Assembly (NCBI GenBank): GCA_946965045.2
Contig: OX337236.1
Coordinates: forward strand, 1,922,001-1,986,000
Length of the DNA: 64,000 bases
Direction: 5' to 3'
Source: Epithemia pelagica
Taxonomy: Eukaryota; Protista; Bacillariophyta
Shown: piece by piece, positions 51,250 to 62,767 of the stretch
Numbering within the stretch: the first letter of the stretch is position 1
Layout: each line of letters opens with the position of its first letter
Notes under the pieces: model-generated
The model's database searches: none
What the model was told of the DNA's origin: nothing
What the model saw: only the letters and a program-made list of their open reading frames with translations
Program-made: the position numbers and the translations under genes

Positions 51250-53139
51250 ATGGCAAAGACTCGAGTGGGTGTCGTGATTCGAGAGAAAATAGGGACGAAC
51301 AAGACAACAAGTCGTAGTGCGGACCTTGTTTCCTTGACGGAAAGATACAATGTTTGGTGCCAACGAATACGGGCCCTCATTCAGTCACTGGAGAAACACC
51401 ATGCAGCAATGATGCAAATGGAACAGTCACGCTCACTCGTAAGTAAAAAGAAGGTAGACTCCGTGACGTGAAACCTCTGGAAGATTGCAGGCTCTGGGTC
51501 ACACACGGTGCCTCCAATTTCATCGTTTGTTGACTCGGATCAAGATTTTTGTCGACGAACGTAACTGGTCTTACCTTCCCTCTCTTTGACCGTTTGTTGG
51601 ATTTAGGTTGCCCGATCCGTTGCCACCCTTTCCCAGAATTCACCACTATGGCCAGCTTCGGGTCTCATGCCCAGCGCGGATCGACCGGCCTCTTCCGTGT
51701 GTTCCTATGCCTCCGTCAATGACACGTTGTCGTCCAAGTCCAAGACCTATGCCACGAAATACAAGCAATTTGTGATTGATTACGCTGCGGAATGGGAAAA
51801 GGTAGTGCGTGGACGCGTGGAAGAAGCCATGAAAAAGGCGGAAGAATTGCGTCGTGATTTGGACCATTATCGCAAAAAGGTGGAAGAATTACGCAACACA
51901 ACGAATCGGTCCATGACCAAGGGAAAACAAATTAAACCGGAAGCGCAAGAAAAGCTGAAACGAAACGAAGAAAAATTAATGTCCGCCAAGCAAACGTACA
52001 ACAAGGTGGCGCACGATTTGTGTATTTTGATTGAAGAAGTGACGGACCGTAGCTGGCGCGATCTCCACCCGCTTTTGGTCAAGGTTGCCCAATTTGATAT
52101 GACGTTGGCGCAAGACGAATCACAAATCCTACAAAGTTTGAGTGAAGTGGTGTCAAAACTAAAAGAAATCTCGACTGCACAAGGCATTTCGTCTCAACCG
52201 CGTTTGAAGGACATTTCCTCCCAGAAGCCCGAAATTTTGTCCACACGTCCTGGCGGCGTCAGTGCCACACCTGCTTTGTCGATTGAATCCAACCTTTCTC
52301 TCACGTCAGTTTCCGGAATGTCAAGTTCTCCGGGAGGAGGATTTGATGATATGGCCCGTCCTCCTGGATCGGTTGCTCCGCAGGGTATCGGCGGTTTCCC
52401 CGTCCAAGTGACGGACGCCCATTCTACCCCTCGTGCCAGCCCCGAGTTGAGTATGCAGCGACGTGATTCTACCAGCAGTCATCAGTCTGAACCTCTTACG
52501 ACGTTGGGCATGTTGACAATTGGAAACAATGCAGCACCCCCACCGACCATGGACGATGTGTACTCGGCCCACAATGGGGATGGTGGTGCCAGCGTTTACA
52601 GTACTGGGGCACTTTCCTCTCCGACCTATCCGACCGCCACGGAGACTCGAAGCTTCTCTCGAAGCAACAGTCTCGTGGCGACACCAGGTCAATACAGCCA
52701 TAGCAATAGCCTTTCGGCAACGGGGCCATACAGTCGCAGCAACAGTCTTGTGGGCGTCAATGATGACGTTGCCTCGGTTTACTCGACGCACAGCTTCAAC
52801 AGTTCGGCCATTGATAATGGGGCTGCTGCCCTTCCTCCGCCACCGGCGGTGCCTCCTCCGCCACCTCCCAGTATGCCTCCTCCTCCACCACCAGCGGACT
52901 ATGGAGCCCCTCCTCCCTCGGCATATCCTCCACCTCCAGGAGCTTACCCTATCGTTCCCTCCTATCCTCCGCCACCGGCAGGGGCAGCAGCGTATGCGCC
53001 GTCGCCGTATGCAGCACCCGACCCTTACGGCCAACCGAACACTAATCCCTTTGGAGCACCCACTTCTCAACCGCCGCCACCACCATCTTACGGACCGCCT
53101 CCAGTGTCTGCCTACAACCCAACCAATCCGTTTGGTTAG
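51250..53139 (+). CDS. BAR-domain-like protein with a Pro-rich tail ending in NPF motifs; intron at 51439-51606
   Basis: The GTAAGT...TTTAG intron joins QSRSL to VARSV in frame with ORF 51667-53139. Amphipathic coiled-coil helices; TNPFG motifs. Confidence 0.75.
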
Positions 53140-53251
53140 CTTCAGCTCACGTTAAGTCGTTGAGTTACATTTTAAAGATGGGATTTCACGTTTGATTAAA
53201 GCTACAATTTCTTTTACCCCTTAACTCCATCTGTCACTCTCGACGGGAGCG

Positions 53252-56200
53252 TCATGTTCTAGTAGCCTTAAGTTTTTCCCGCAATTGCTTGATGCTCGCA
53301 GAACTTCGATTCACATGCTCTTGTAGGACAGAAACGGCATGCTTTTCCCAATATTGAGGACCGTAGTCTGTGAGTAATTCTTCCCCTGATTTGATTTCTT
53401 TCTTGGAAACAAGAAATATGTGAGGCCATTTATCTACCAGTACTTCCGCGCAACCGACATTTTCTTCTCGCAAAGGCCGGCCTCGCTCCAGCACGTCTGT
53501 TCGGACGTCATTGATGAGAGACGACTCGTTGAAGACTGTTCGAGCATCCAGAATAAATGATTTCACATAACATGTATCAGATCCCTTCATAACCCACTCA
53601 TCCAGTCTTTGAAGCGTGAAGCAATATGAACTCTCTGCACTACAATCCTCAGGACTTTCTTGACGGACTAAACCAGCGTACTCGCTAATCACCGTACCCG
53701 CCGCAATATCTTTGACTGCGAGAAGACAATATTGAGGAGCTGTTGGATCAGGGCAGTTCCGTACACAGGAATGCTTGGGGTTTCGGACCAACGCCCCAGA
53801 AACTTGTTCGCTTGTGCCCTGGGAAATACATCTAATGATCTGCGAGCGAAATCTATCTCCATTCGTTCGCTTGATATTTTTCATATCATAGAGATAAACC
53901 GTGGTGCTTTCGGAGCGACGACCGACCTCAGTGTGCTCTTTATGGAACTCCTTGGCTTCCTCCGACAAAACTTGACCGTTGCTGATTTCCGATCCAGGTG
54001 GCCGAGAAGGCAGCACCGCATCCAGTTCGATGGGCACAAATTTTTGGACTTGTTCAAGCAGCTCAATAGTTGGAATAATGCCGTTGCGCTTCCAATTTTG
54101 TAGCACCGACGAATTGTTTCTCTCCAAGCGAAATGGCGCACGTTTCTCCAACTCCAGAAACCCAGCATTTTCAACCAGTCCCTTGGTTTCTACGGCCATG
54201 TCCAGAGAGCTCACGAGTTCGCGCGATTGTTCCATCATTGTACAGCTCCCAACACATCGGTTCGCAACGCTCCTTCCAGCACCCAACTCAAGTTTTAATA
54301 TTGCCTCCACCTCACAGAAACATCCACTCTTAGCCGCAATGTGCAATGCGTTCTCTCCATGAATATTCTCATTGATCAAGTCGTCAGTAAGCCGGTTCGT
54401 TCCTATTTCATCCAACAGGTCTTGAAGCAAGTTCAACGATTCTGATCCACTCGACGAGTACGTGCCCTCGTTGTACCTGATGTCAGTGTACCTAGCAAGC
54501 TGAGCCAATATATTGTTTTCTTCTGAGTCCTTGAGTTCGAAGAGAGTCTTTGTACCGAATTTCTTCATCAGCATACGAATACAGGAAAAGTGACCATTCG
54601 AGATTGCAAGTTCTACTGGTGTTCGTCCATTTCCATCGTAGGTATTCAACATGTCTGCACCAACGGATGGTATACTTAACAATGCATCCACCACGCACTC
54701 AATTCCAAATTCCATCGCAAGATGCAAGGGAGTCTGGCCGTTACCGTCTTTCGCCAGAACGTCGGCTCCGTTGTCGAGAAGAATCTTCAGGGACGAGATG
54801 GCATCCAAGTTAACATCAATTTGACGGAGCTGAGGGCATTGTGCTTGTTGAGAATCATTCCGGGAACTCCCTATACCAGACTGTCTGTATCGAACCCCAG
54901 CCCATCGATGAACTAGGGAACCGTGCCACCCATGTTGTATTTCAAAAGGTGCTTGAAAAAGAGCGGTCACAACATGCTTTGCTTTGCCACCCGATACACC
55001 CATTGTATCAAGTCGTTCATACAACAGCTGTAAGCTTGCTCGAATAGAGTTCAAATCTTTTGAATCAATACAGGAGAGAAAATCATTGGTGCAGAATGCC
55101 GATACTTCCGCGCTGGGTAAAGAATGCTCTGAATGAGTGGTCAATGTCGGTTGCCTCGCGACTGACATGTCGCCATCGCTTTCACTTTCGTCCCGGACTC
55201 GTGAGAGATTGTGAACTTGGGCGGTCGCCCCATTATGACCCCTCTGATGGTTGGCCTCTAGAAACATTTCGTTGGATGGATCGTTCACAGGAACACTCTG
55301 GGCATCTTCCGCTTCCGAAACAGAATCGAAGTGATGGGGCTCTGGATACGAGGGCTCTTCTCCACTAGTCGATGTTGGTTCCTTTACTGATGCACGACAA
55401 TTCCTGTCGTTATTTCGTACTGGGTTACCCGACAATGATGCTGGCATACAAGTCCCATTCTGTTGAATCGATTTAGAGGCCCTTGATTCTTCAGCCGAAA
55501 GGTCGGAGGAGGGAGAATCTTCCACAGATTCCATGACAACCACTGTGGTAGTCTCCATTCCGCACCCATGGTCAGAAGATGTCGTGTCATGCATCTGCCT
55601 TGCGTTGTCTTTATTGCTAGGAGCTGGCAACGACGACTCTACAGGCGGTGACGTGTCTTTTCGTGAGGCCTGGCCTGTCCTTTTCTCACGGATGCTACTG
55701 GAAGGTGTAACGGCAACAGCTTGTCGTGAAAGAATGTTGCTGCACGATTTGTGGTTGAGAGCTTGTTGAGTCACAAGGGTGTTGCGCCAGGACAAATGTT
55801 GACTGGTGGCAGCGGGAGGATCCTTTTGGCGTTGACGTTTGTCAATGGGTGCCCAGGCCCTGATACTTGTCACCAACCAGTCCTCGTTTCGCCAGTCATC
55901 CTTCTCAACGATGGGTGATACAGCGCCGGAAGGAGGATCGATCCCAACGTTTCTCGTTGTTGTTGTTGTTGCTCTTGGTGTGATTGTAGCTGGTGGTGGT
56001 GCACTACTATTCGTGGTCATTCTGGTACTGTCACGTTGCGGGCGATTCACGGTGGCTGAAACGGGGGAAGGAGCCTCATCCCTTTGTGGAATTCTGGTAC
56101 TGTCACGTGGCGGGCGATTCACAGTGGCTGAAACGGGGGTAGGAGCCTCATCCCTTTGTGGAATTCTGGTACTGTCACGTTGCGGGCGATTCACAGTGGC

Positions 56201-57190
56201 TGAAACGGGGGAAGGAGCCTCATCCCTTTGTGGAATTCTGGTGCTGTCACGTTGCGGGCGATTCACAGTGGCTGAAACGGGGGAAGGAGCCTCATCCCTT
56301 GGTGGTGGGCATTTGGCCAGATGAAACGTGATTGGAGGGTCCATCTTTCGTACTTTAGACAGAGGTGCAATGGGACGTGGCACGGGGCAGACTCGTTTGA
56401 GGCTTGGAGTCGGACGAGCCACTACAAACTCGGACTGGTCTTTGGATACCTCCTCCTTTGTTGGTTCTTTCACCCGTGTGCTGCGGAGGAAGGCCATTGC
56501 GGCTCCGATATCAGGCCTCCCACGCTGTGCCACGGACAGAGGTGCAATAGTACGTTCCGAAGGACAGTCACCTCTGGGGCTGGGCGTAGGACGAGCCACT
56601 TCCAACCCGGATACCACTTTTGGTTTGCTGATGGCACGGCCATGGAGGGGTGAGGACAAGTCGTCCTTCTTCTCCAAAGAACCGGTTTCAATCAAGGAGC
56701 TGTTACCGTCATCTCCGCTATCTTCCTCCTCGAATGAGAATGGACGAGGCAGAGTATGTTCCGATGGCTGATCCGCAACTGCGGGTCCTCGAGCAGCAAT
56801 CAGGGAAGGACTCTTCTCCAGTGTGGGTGTCACAGAAGATGGATCCTCATGATCCAGACTTGTTGTATCTCGTGTAGGTTGTTGCAACCGTTGATCTCGT
56901 TGTTGATAATACAAGGATGCAGCGCGACGACTGGACTGTGAAGCACAGGCCCAAAATAAAAAGGGCGAGGATGATGTTGCTCGAGTCGTTTTCCTGTTGG
57001 AAGCTCCTGATTTGTCGTTTCCTTCTTGATGGTCTTTGAGGTTGCCAGTGGCCTCGGATTCCATCCCACGACTGGAAAGGGGAGAAACCAGTTGTAGTTG
57101 CTGCTGAGCCAAAGGTGCGCTCTTAGGTTGTTGAGAGTCGGTGACACTCTCATCCATCCGGATCGACCTTAGGCCTCCAAACTCGCTCAT
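53252..57190 (-). CDS. 1312-aa protein with ankyrin repeats and a C-terminal SET domain
   Basis: Ankyrin DGNGQTPLHLA, DGNGRTPVELA, HGENALHIAA. SET LLAVKDIAAGTVISEYAG...SLINDV...EIKSGEELLTDYGPQYW. Confidence 0.82.
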   Translation of the reverse strand: MSEFGGLRSIRMDESVTDSQQPKSAPLAQQQLQLVSPLSSRGMESEATGNLKDHQEGNDKSGASNRKTTRATSSSPFLFWACASQSSRRAASLYYQQRDQRLQQPTRDTTSLDHEDPSSVTPTLEKSPSLIAARGPAVADQPSEHTLPRPFSFEEEDSGDDGNSSLIETGSLEKKDDLSSPLHGRAISKPKVVSGLEVARPTPSPRGDCPSERTIAPLSVAQRGRPDIGAAMAFLRSTRVKEPTKEEVSKDQSEFVVARPTPSLKRVCPVPRPIAPLSKVRKMDPPITFHLAKCPPPRDEAPSPVSATVNRPQRDSTRIPQRDEAPSPVSATVNRPQRDSTRIPQRDEAPTPVSATVNRPPRDSTRIPQRDEAPSPVSATVNRPQRDSTRMTTNSSAPPPATITPRATTTTTRNVGIDPPSGAVSPIVEKDDWRNEDWLVTSIRAWAPIDKRQRQKDPPAATSQHLSWRNTLVTQQALNHKSCSNILSRQAVAVTPSSSIREKRTGQASRKDTSPPVESSLPAPSNKDNARQMHDTTSSDHGCGMETTTVVVMESVEDSPSSDLSAEESRASKSIQQNGTCMPASLSGNPVRNNDRNCRASVKEPTSTSGEEPSYPEPHHFDSVSEAEDAQSVPVNDPSNEMFLEANHQRGHNGATAQVHNLSRVRDESESDGDMSVARQPTLTTHSEHSLPSAEVSAFCTNDFLSCIDSKDLNSIRASLQLLYERLDTMGVSGGKAKHVVTALFQAPFEIQHGWHGSLVHRWAGVRYRQSGIGSSRNDSQQAQCPQLRQIDVNLDAISSLKILLDNGADVLAKDGNGQTPLHLAMEFGIECVVDALLSIPSVGADMLNTYDGNGRTPVELAISNGHFSCIRMLMKKFGTKTLFELKDSEENNILAQLARYTDIRYNEGTYSSSGSESLNLLQDLLDEIGTNRLTDDLINENIHGENALHIAAKSGCFCEVEAILKLELGAGRSVANRCVGSCTMMEQSRELVSSLDMAVETKGLVENAGFLELEKRAPFRLERNNSSVLQNWKRNGIIPTIELLEQVQKFVPIELDAVLPSRPPGSEISNGQVLSEEAKEFHKEHTEVGRRSESTTVYLYDMKNIKRTNGDRFRSQIIRCISQGTSEQVSGALVRNPKHSCVRNCPDPTAPQYCLLAVKDIAAGTVISEYAGLVRQESPEDCSAESSYCFTLQRLDEWVMKGSDTCYVKSFILDARTVFNESSLINDVRTDVLERGRPLREENVGCAEVLVDKWPHIFLVSKKEIKSGEELLTDYGPQYWEKHAVSVLQEHVNRSSASIKQLREKLKATRT
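56019..56300. repeat. ~4 x 72-bp coding minisatellite (24-aa unit RDEAPSPVSATVNRPQRDSTRIPQ)
   Basis: CTGTCACG at 56028, 56100, 56172 and 56244. Confidence 0.93.
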
Positions 57191-57918
57191 GTTCTGGATC
57201 CTTTGGCACTATAGAAATCAGTTCTTGTCGACTGCCAGCCAACACTACAAGCGTTTGGCAAGGTGCCGGTGTGACTTTGTACGAACCGCCACAAGAGGAA
57301 GGGGGGCAAATTATCGTACGAATAGGCAAATGTGCACCCCTTGCAAACCAAATTTGGAAGCCAGCCGAGAAAGGGTCGCGTTTATGAGCGAAGGTTTAGC
57401 GATAGAGAGCTCCTCTAAGTTGGAGGTGCCTAGTAGTCACTCTTTATGTTTTTGTATCATCCACACCACGCTATTTTGGTTTATCAGACCCAATGACTCT
57501 GAGCTGAAGAGGAAGAAGAGAAGGAGCTAAGGGCACAATGGCCTGGGAAGGTCAAGAAATATCCGGATCGGACTAAGTAGGTCCATATGATCCGCCCAAG
57601 GATCTAGTCTCGTTGAATATCTGACTTGCAACGGAGCCAGACCGGACTAGTGAGGGGTGTGGTCTGCTACTGCGCACACCCTGGGCAATGGCGGACGCGC
57701 CTGTTCTTTGCCGTTGAAAAGAAAAAGCCTGCCATGCGACCATGCGTTTTATCCACTTATGTGGCGCGGGACGATAATGCAGCTGTGCACGCTCTCTACC
57801 TTGGTGATCGCTCATGTATCTACTTCAATGAATGAATGAAGGTAAGGTGCGCACGACGCACACAGTTCCGAATACTGGAAAGTCTGAGAGAGTCCATCAA
57901 GAAAGATCTATTTGAACC

Positions 57919-60900
57919 ATGGCAGCACCCGATGCCGCAGCTCTGCTCCAAGAGCTAGATGACTACTGGTTGAATACGTTACAGATTCAACAGCAAACAG
58001 TTCGAGATGCTCTGCATGCTCAGGGCTTACTGTCAGCGAGCGACTTCCTCGGCTTGACGGAAGAAGACGTCGCCGAAATTTGCAATAATGCAAGGAAGCC
58101 AGGAGGAACTGTTCCTAATCCAGCCTTTAACCCGTTGAACCCGGTTGTCGGTATAGCCCCTACCATTACGAATCCAGGAGTGTTAGTGGGCCATGTAATC
58201 GAGAAGCGATTGAAGATGATGAGATACTACATTCATCATTTGATGAAAGTCTCACGTCCTTTTGACCCTGCTGCACCTGCCTCATCGCTACCAAATCTTC
58301 AAGACCTATATCGATTCAAGGAAAGTGAAGACGAGTACAAGAACAACGACATTGAACTGCCCGAGAAGCTGACTGCAGTTGAAAATATCCGAACCGTACT
58401 GGAAGATTTGGACGATTACTTCGAAAGAAAAAGAGGAGTAACTGGCATTCCCTTGGCCGCTTACACTCGTCCACTCAACACAGTACCACCTCTGAATCTT
58501 GATCCGGGCTATGGTCGGCCAAGTATTATCCAAGAGCTTGTGCGAAGAGCACCGCACACAGGACCAACAGCCCTAACCGACAATGAAGCAGTATGGGACG
58601 CAGTCAGGCATGTAACCCATGATGGACCTGGATGGGGCTGGGTACAGATGTACAGCCGTAACAGGGATGGCAGAGGAGCCTACAGAGCCCTCAGAAATCA
58701 CTACTTCGGAGACGCCTATCAGACTCGTTTGCGAGCGAAGGCAGACCAAACGTTGGAGACAAACTATTACGACGGCTCAAAACGTAACTTTACCTACGAG
58801 AAATATATTGAGTCCTTGCAGAAGGCCTTTTCTGATCTCGAATCCACAGGAGAATTCGTGAGTGAAGAAAGGAAGATCCGTATTCTTCTCACGGGTATTC
58901 ATGATACGAGACTTGAGAGTGCCAAGAATCAGATCCTAGCATCCCCAAATCTCCGAATCTCGTTTGAGGTGGCATCAGGTTATCTTGCAGAAGTACTAGA
59001 CAACAAGGTTTCCTACAGTGCTACTACGAGAAGGGCCAGGATTTCCGCTATCCAATCAAGCGGCAACAAGAAAAACAACAAAGGGAACAATAAGAATACC
59101 CCGACCAAATTCGATCCGAACAACCCTAACAAGTACTATCCTTACAAGTTATGGGTAAAGCTCACACCTGAGCAACAACAATTGGTTCGAGACTCGCGAG
59201 ACAAGCAAAATAGCAGTACCAAGAAACGTACTGCATCAGGGGTAAACTCGAGCAAGAAGAAAAGGAAGAATAATGACGGCTCATCGTCGGCAACAGATAC
59301 GACAGAAGATTCGACAAGTAACGGAGATGACTCCTCTGAAGATAGAGAAGCTGGCATTGGTGCTATCATGAGCCAAAGGAAGAAGCGAAATGACCGAGTC
59401 TGACATAGAGTCAGCACGGTAGCAAGTGAAATAACTGCTATGATGGCGACGTGTGAGTTGGATAGTCACGCAGACACTTGTTGCCTTGGAGATGTTTGTC
59501 TGGTTCTATATACGACAGGCAAAGCAGAAGTTAGTGGATTTACGAATTCACTTGGAAGCATCAAAGAAACTCCAATCATCACTGGAGTAGTCGCCTATGA
59601 CGACCCCAAATCAAATGAAACATACCTCTTATATTTTCATCAGGCCCTCCATCTGCCGATGATGAATAAATGCTTGTTAAACCCCAACCAGATGAGAGAA
59701 GCAGGAGTCAAAGTGAATGACGTTCCTCTAAAATATATCAAGAGTGAGGACAGGAACAGTCACTCGCATTCGATCATAGCTCCTTTCTCAGATGAAAGTG
59801 ACCATCTTGTCATCCCATTCGACTTAGTTGGTGTAATGAGCTCCTTCACAGTAAGGAAACCAACTTGGGATGAAATCAAGAATATAGATCCGAGTAACAG
59901 GATCCATATGACTAACGACACACCGGAGTGGGATCCGAATGACTTGGCAGATGCCGACGAAAGGAAACTCCGTGTCGATTTAGAAACAGATACAATTCGA
60001 AAGAAAGAATCAAGAGACTTGCATCAAAGGATGGCCCGAATGGTTCGGGTAAACACAAGGACGATTGCTGATTTGAGGCATCGTCGAAAGGGGACTGTGG
60101 ACCCTGTGACTCTATCAAGAAGATGGGGAATAGGCATTCCATTGGCTGAGAAGACTTGTTCGGCAACAACGCAATTGGGAGTACGAGACTTTACTGACTC
60201 CATTGGAAGCAAGAGATTACGCCATACAGCGTATCAGCTAAAGCATAGACGGTTAAGAGCGGATGTCTACACAGATACCCTCTTTTCAGACGTCAAGTCA
60301 CTTGGTCAGAATGTACGCGACAGATTTTGGATGGGTAGAGTTCTATCCCATGCAACGAAAAAAGGATGCACATAAGACACTTGAAAGAGTATTCAGTGAC
60401 TATGGCATCTTTAATAGTGTCATACCTGACAATGCACCTGAGTTAACAAGCGGTAACTTCAGAAAGACGGCGCACAAGTTCAGCTGCCGGATCAAACCAA
60501 TTGAGGCATACACTCCTAACCAGAATCTGGCTGAAGCCAATATTCGGGAACTAAAAAGGATGTATCGCCGTGAAATGAGAAGGACTAATTGTCCCTCAGT
60601 TCTCTGGGATCACTGCCTTGAACTAATGGCAGCAAGGCGATCTCACACAGTCTTGTCGACTAGTCCATTCAATACCGGTCCACCCCTAACTACGTTGACA
60701 GGGGACACACCCGATATTTCCCACTTAGTGGAACATCGGTGGTACGACCCGGTTTGGTACTCCAATCCTGGGTTTGAAGGTCGAAAGTTGGGACGATGGC
60801 TCGGACCTAGTCGAAGCGTGGGTCAAGCCATGAGCTCGAAAGTCCTTACTGATAAAGGGAAGATTATATACAGGACGTCGGTTTGGCCCCTGTCTTCGGA

Positions 60901-61024
60901 GAAATCACACGATGAAACCTTCACAGCACAGCGGGAACAATTTGATGCTAATTTGAAAGCCGTATTGGGTGCAAGGTTTGAAGGAATGCCGATAGAACAA
61001 AGGGAACCCGATGAAGATCCGTGA
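57919..61024 (+). mobile_element. Truncated CoDi-like Ty1/copia LTR retrotransposon: gag (57919-59403), aspartic protease, integrase; RT/RNase H and 3' LTR absent
   Basis: gag YYDGSKRNFTYEKY; protease ELDSHADTCCLG; LSRRWGIG...TTQLGVR; integrase YTDTLF...PDNAPEL...PNQNLAEANIRELK. Frameshift near 60310-60320; ends near a (GA)n run at ~61065. Confidence 0.85.
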
Positions 61025-61541
61025 AGTAATCCTACTCCGAGACAGCGTGTGCGGGATTCAAGTCGAGAGAGAGAGAGAGATCTACCCACTACCCACCATT
61101 AGATAGCACTATTCGCATCGTATTCAAATCATCAGAAAATGAGTAGGAGTAGGTAAGAGTAGAGTTGCTCATCACTATTTCGAGTTTGACGGTTGTTCCC
61201 TGGTTTTCACAAAGCCATCCAGTGATTTTTGGTGGGTGCGTTTCCTCTTGAGAGGCTTCTTGTTGTTCGGTGATGTCGTATTCGTGTGCCGTGTTTGGTC
61301 CTACAAGAGATGATTCAATGCAGTTTCCAACATTGGGGTATCCGATGCTGGTACTTGTGGGTCCATGGCCCACTTCAATGTCCGCTGAACGTCTTGTCTT
61401 ACAAGACAAGAGTCTCCTCCGTCTCACAATAACTAGAATTCCCACTACAGTCTCTACTGTTTGCTCTGGGTAGGTCCATCGACGTGGTGCCATGAACGGC
61501 ATGCAGCGGTTCGATGGCCTCTGTAGGCAAGGCGTCCTTCA

Positions 61542-61745
61542 ATGTCTGGACTGGACAACTGCCAGAGCCACCAGAAGAAGATAACCAAGGACCGGCAGAA
61601 GAATGGCGACAATGACGATGAGAAGTATGTAGAATACAACAAATGGTTTCTCTTTCACCGTGCTCAAATCAAACAGCATGATCCTCGTGCCTACGCGATG
61701 TTGCAAAGAATTTGGAAAATTGATTTGAGTCAAGAGAATAGATGA
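61542..61745 (+). pseudogene. Gene fragment with the motif YNKWFxFHRAQIKQHDPRAYxMLQRIW
   Basis: Clear paralogy to the fragment at 62153-62596; no upstream domain in frame. Confidence 0.45.
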
Positions 61746-62152
61746 CGCTCTTGTAATGACAAGGAAAGGTGTCCTACTAATAGAGTCAGCATCTGTGCAC
61801 GTGCCGCTATATATAGATGCCGGAGATTCGTCCCAAGCCACAAGCAAAAAGGGTGCGGCACACCCGTTACGAAATGGGAATACAAAGATCGTGCCGTGAA
61901 TTTGAAATATGTTTCTATTGATAATCAGTGCCATGTTTGGTAATGGTACTTGTCGGTTCGCTGAGTTGAGGTGCTACCAGCGCGGAGCATACACTTCTCG
62001 GCAGTGGTTTGACAAGGAAACGCAGAAAGGGGCATCGCCATAGAGAAATTGATTGTTTTCTACATCCAGAGACACTGGAATCTCATCCATGGTAGACCAT
62101 CTCGTTGTGCTGCTTGTAGTTATTTTCAGACGTGAAGTGTCTTCAGTTCCAA

Positions 62153-62596
62153 TCAGTCGTGTGGAAATCGTCCCATCCATGTCGTGTTGATCCGTGTGTC
62201 TCTCGTTCGTATCGTCGTGGACAGAACTGATTCCATACGGCACACCACTGTTTGATATTCGGAAGCACCATCCATGGGCAACGATGTGGCGTCCGATTCA
62301 ATCACCCGGCTGTTTATGTTTACCAGAATCATCCTCCTCCTGTTTCGTCTTCTGTAGTCATTGTCGAGAGAAGTCGCATTCGTATCCTTGGGCGAGCTCA
62401 CGGATTTGGGAATCTTCCACAATTTATGAAGCATGTCGAAGGCCCGGGGGTCATGTGGCTCGATTTGAGCTCGATTGTGAGGAAACCACTTGTTGTAGTA
62501 GCCGTGCATGTTGTGGAGGCTCATACTTTCCTCCTCGTCTATTTTGCCGGCTCGATGCGAGGCTCCAAGGAAGGCAGCCGACAACTCGGCAACGCA
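62153..62596 (-). pseudogene. Gene fragment AELSAAFLG...YNKWFPHNRAQIEPHDPRAFDMLHKLW (C-terminus resembling a zincin-like metallopeptidase family)
   Basis: The AELSAAFLG motif is preceded by unrelated sequence; paralogous to 61542-61745. Confidence 0.45.
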
Positions 62597-62767
62597 GGTT
62601 GGATGATGTATGACGTCTACTTTCTGATTTTATGTACTCGTCGAGACCGTCGAGGCATAAGTCTATTCTCGCGAGGCCTCATCAGCGTATAGCCAGTGCT
62701 TAGGCTGTTCCTTGAGCTAAAAAAAAACCAATCCTGCTGCTTTCTCGCCAATTTACTTCTGCGTGGT

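Noticed and set aside
56019-56300. 72-bp and 147-bp periodic repeats as possible CRISPR arrays
   Set aside because: The units are contiguous with no unique spacers, are multiples of 3, and lie in frame within eukaryotic CDSs; there are no cas genes.
57200-57918. Possible 5' LTR/PBS of the CoDi-like element
   Set aside because: No matching 3' LTR was found after 61024, so the boundaries cannot be supported.
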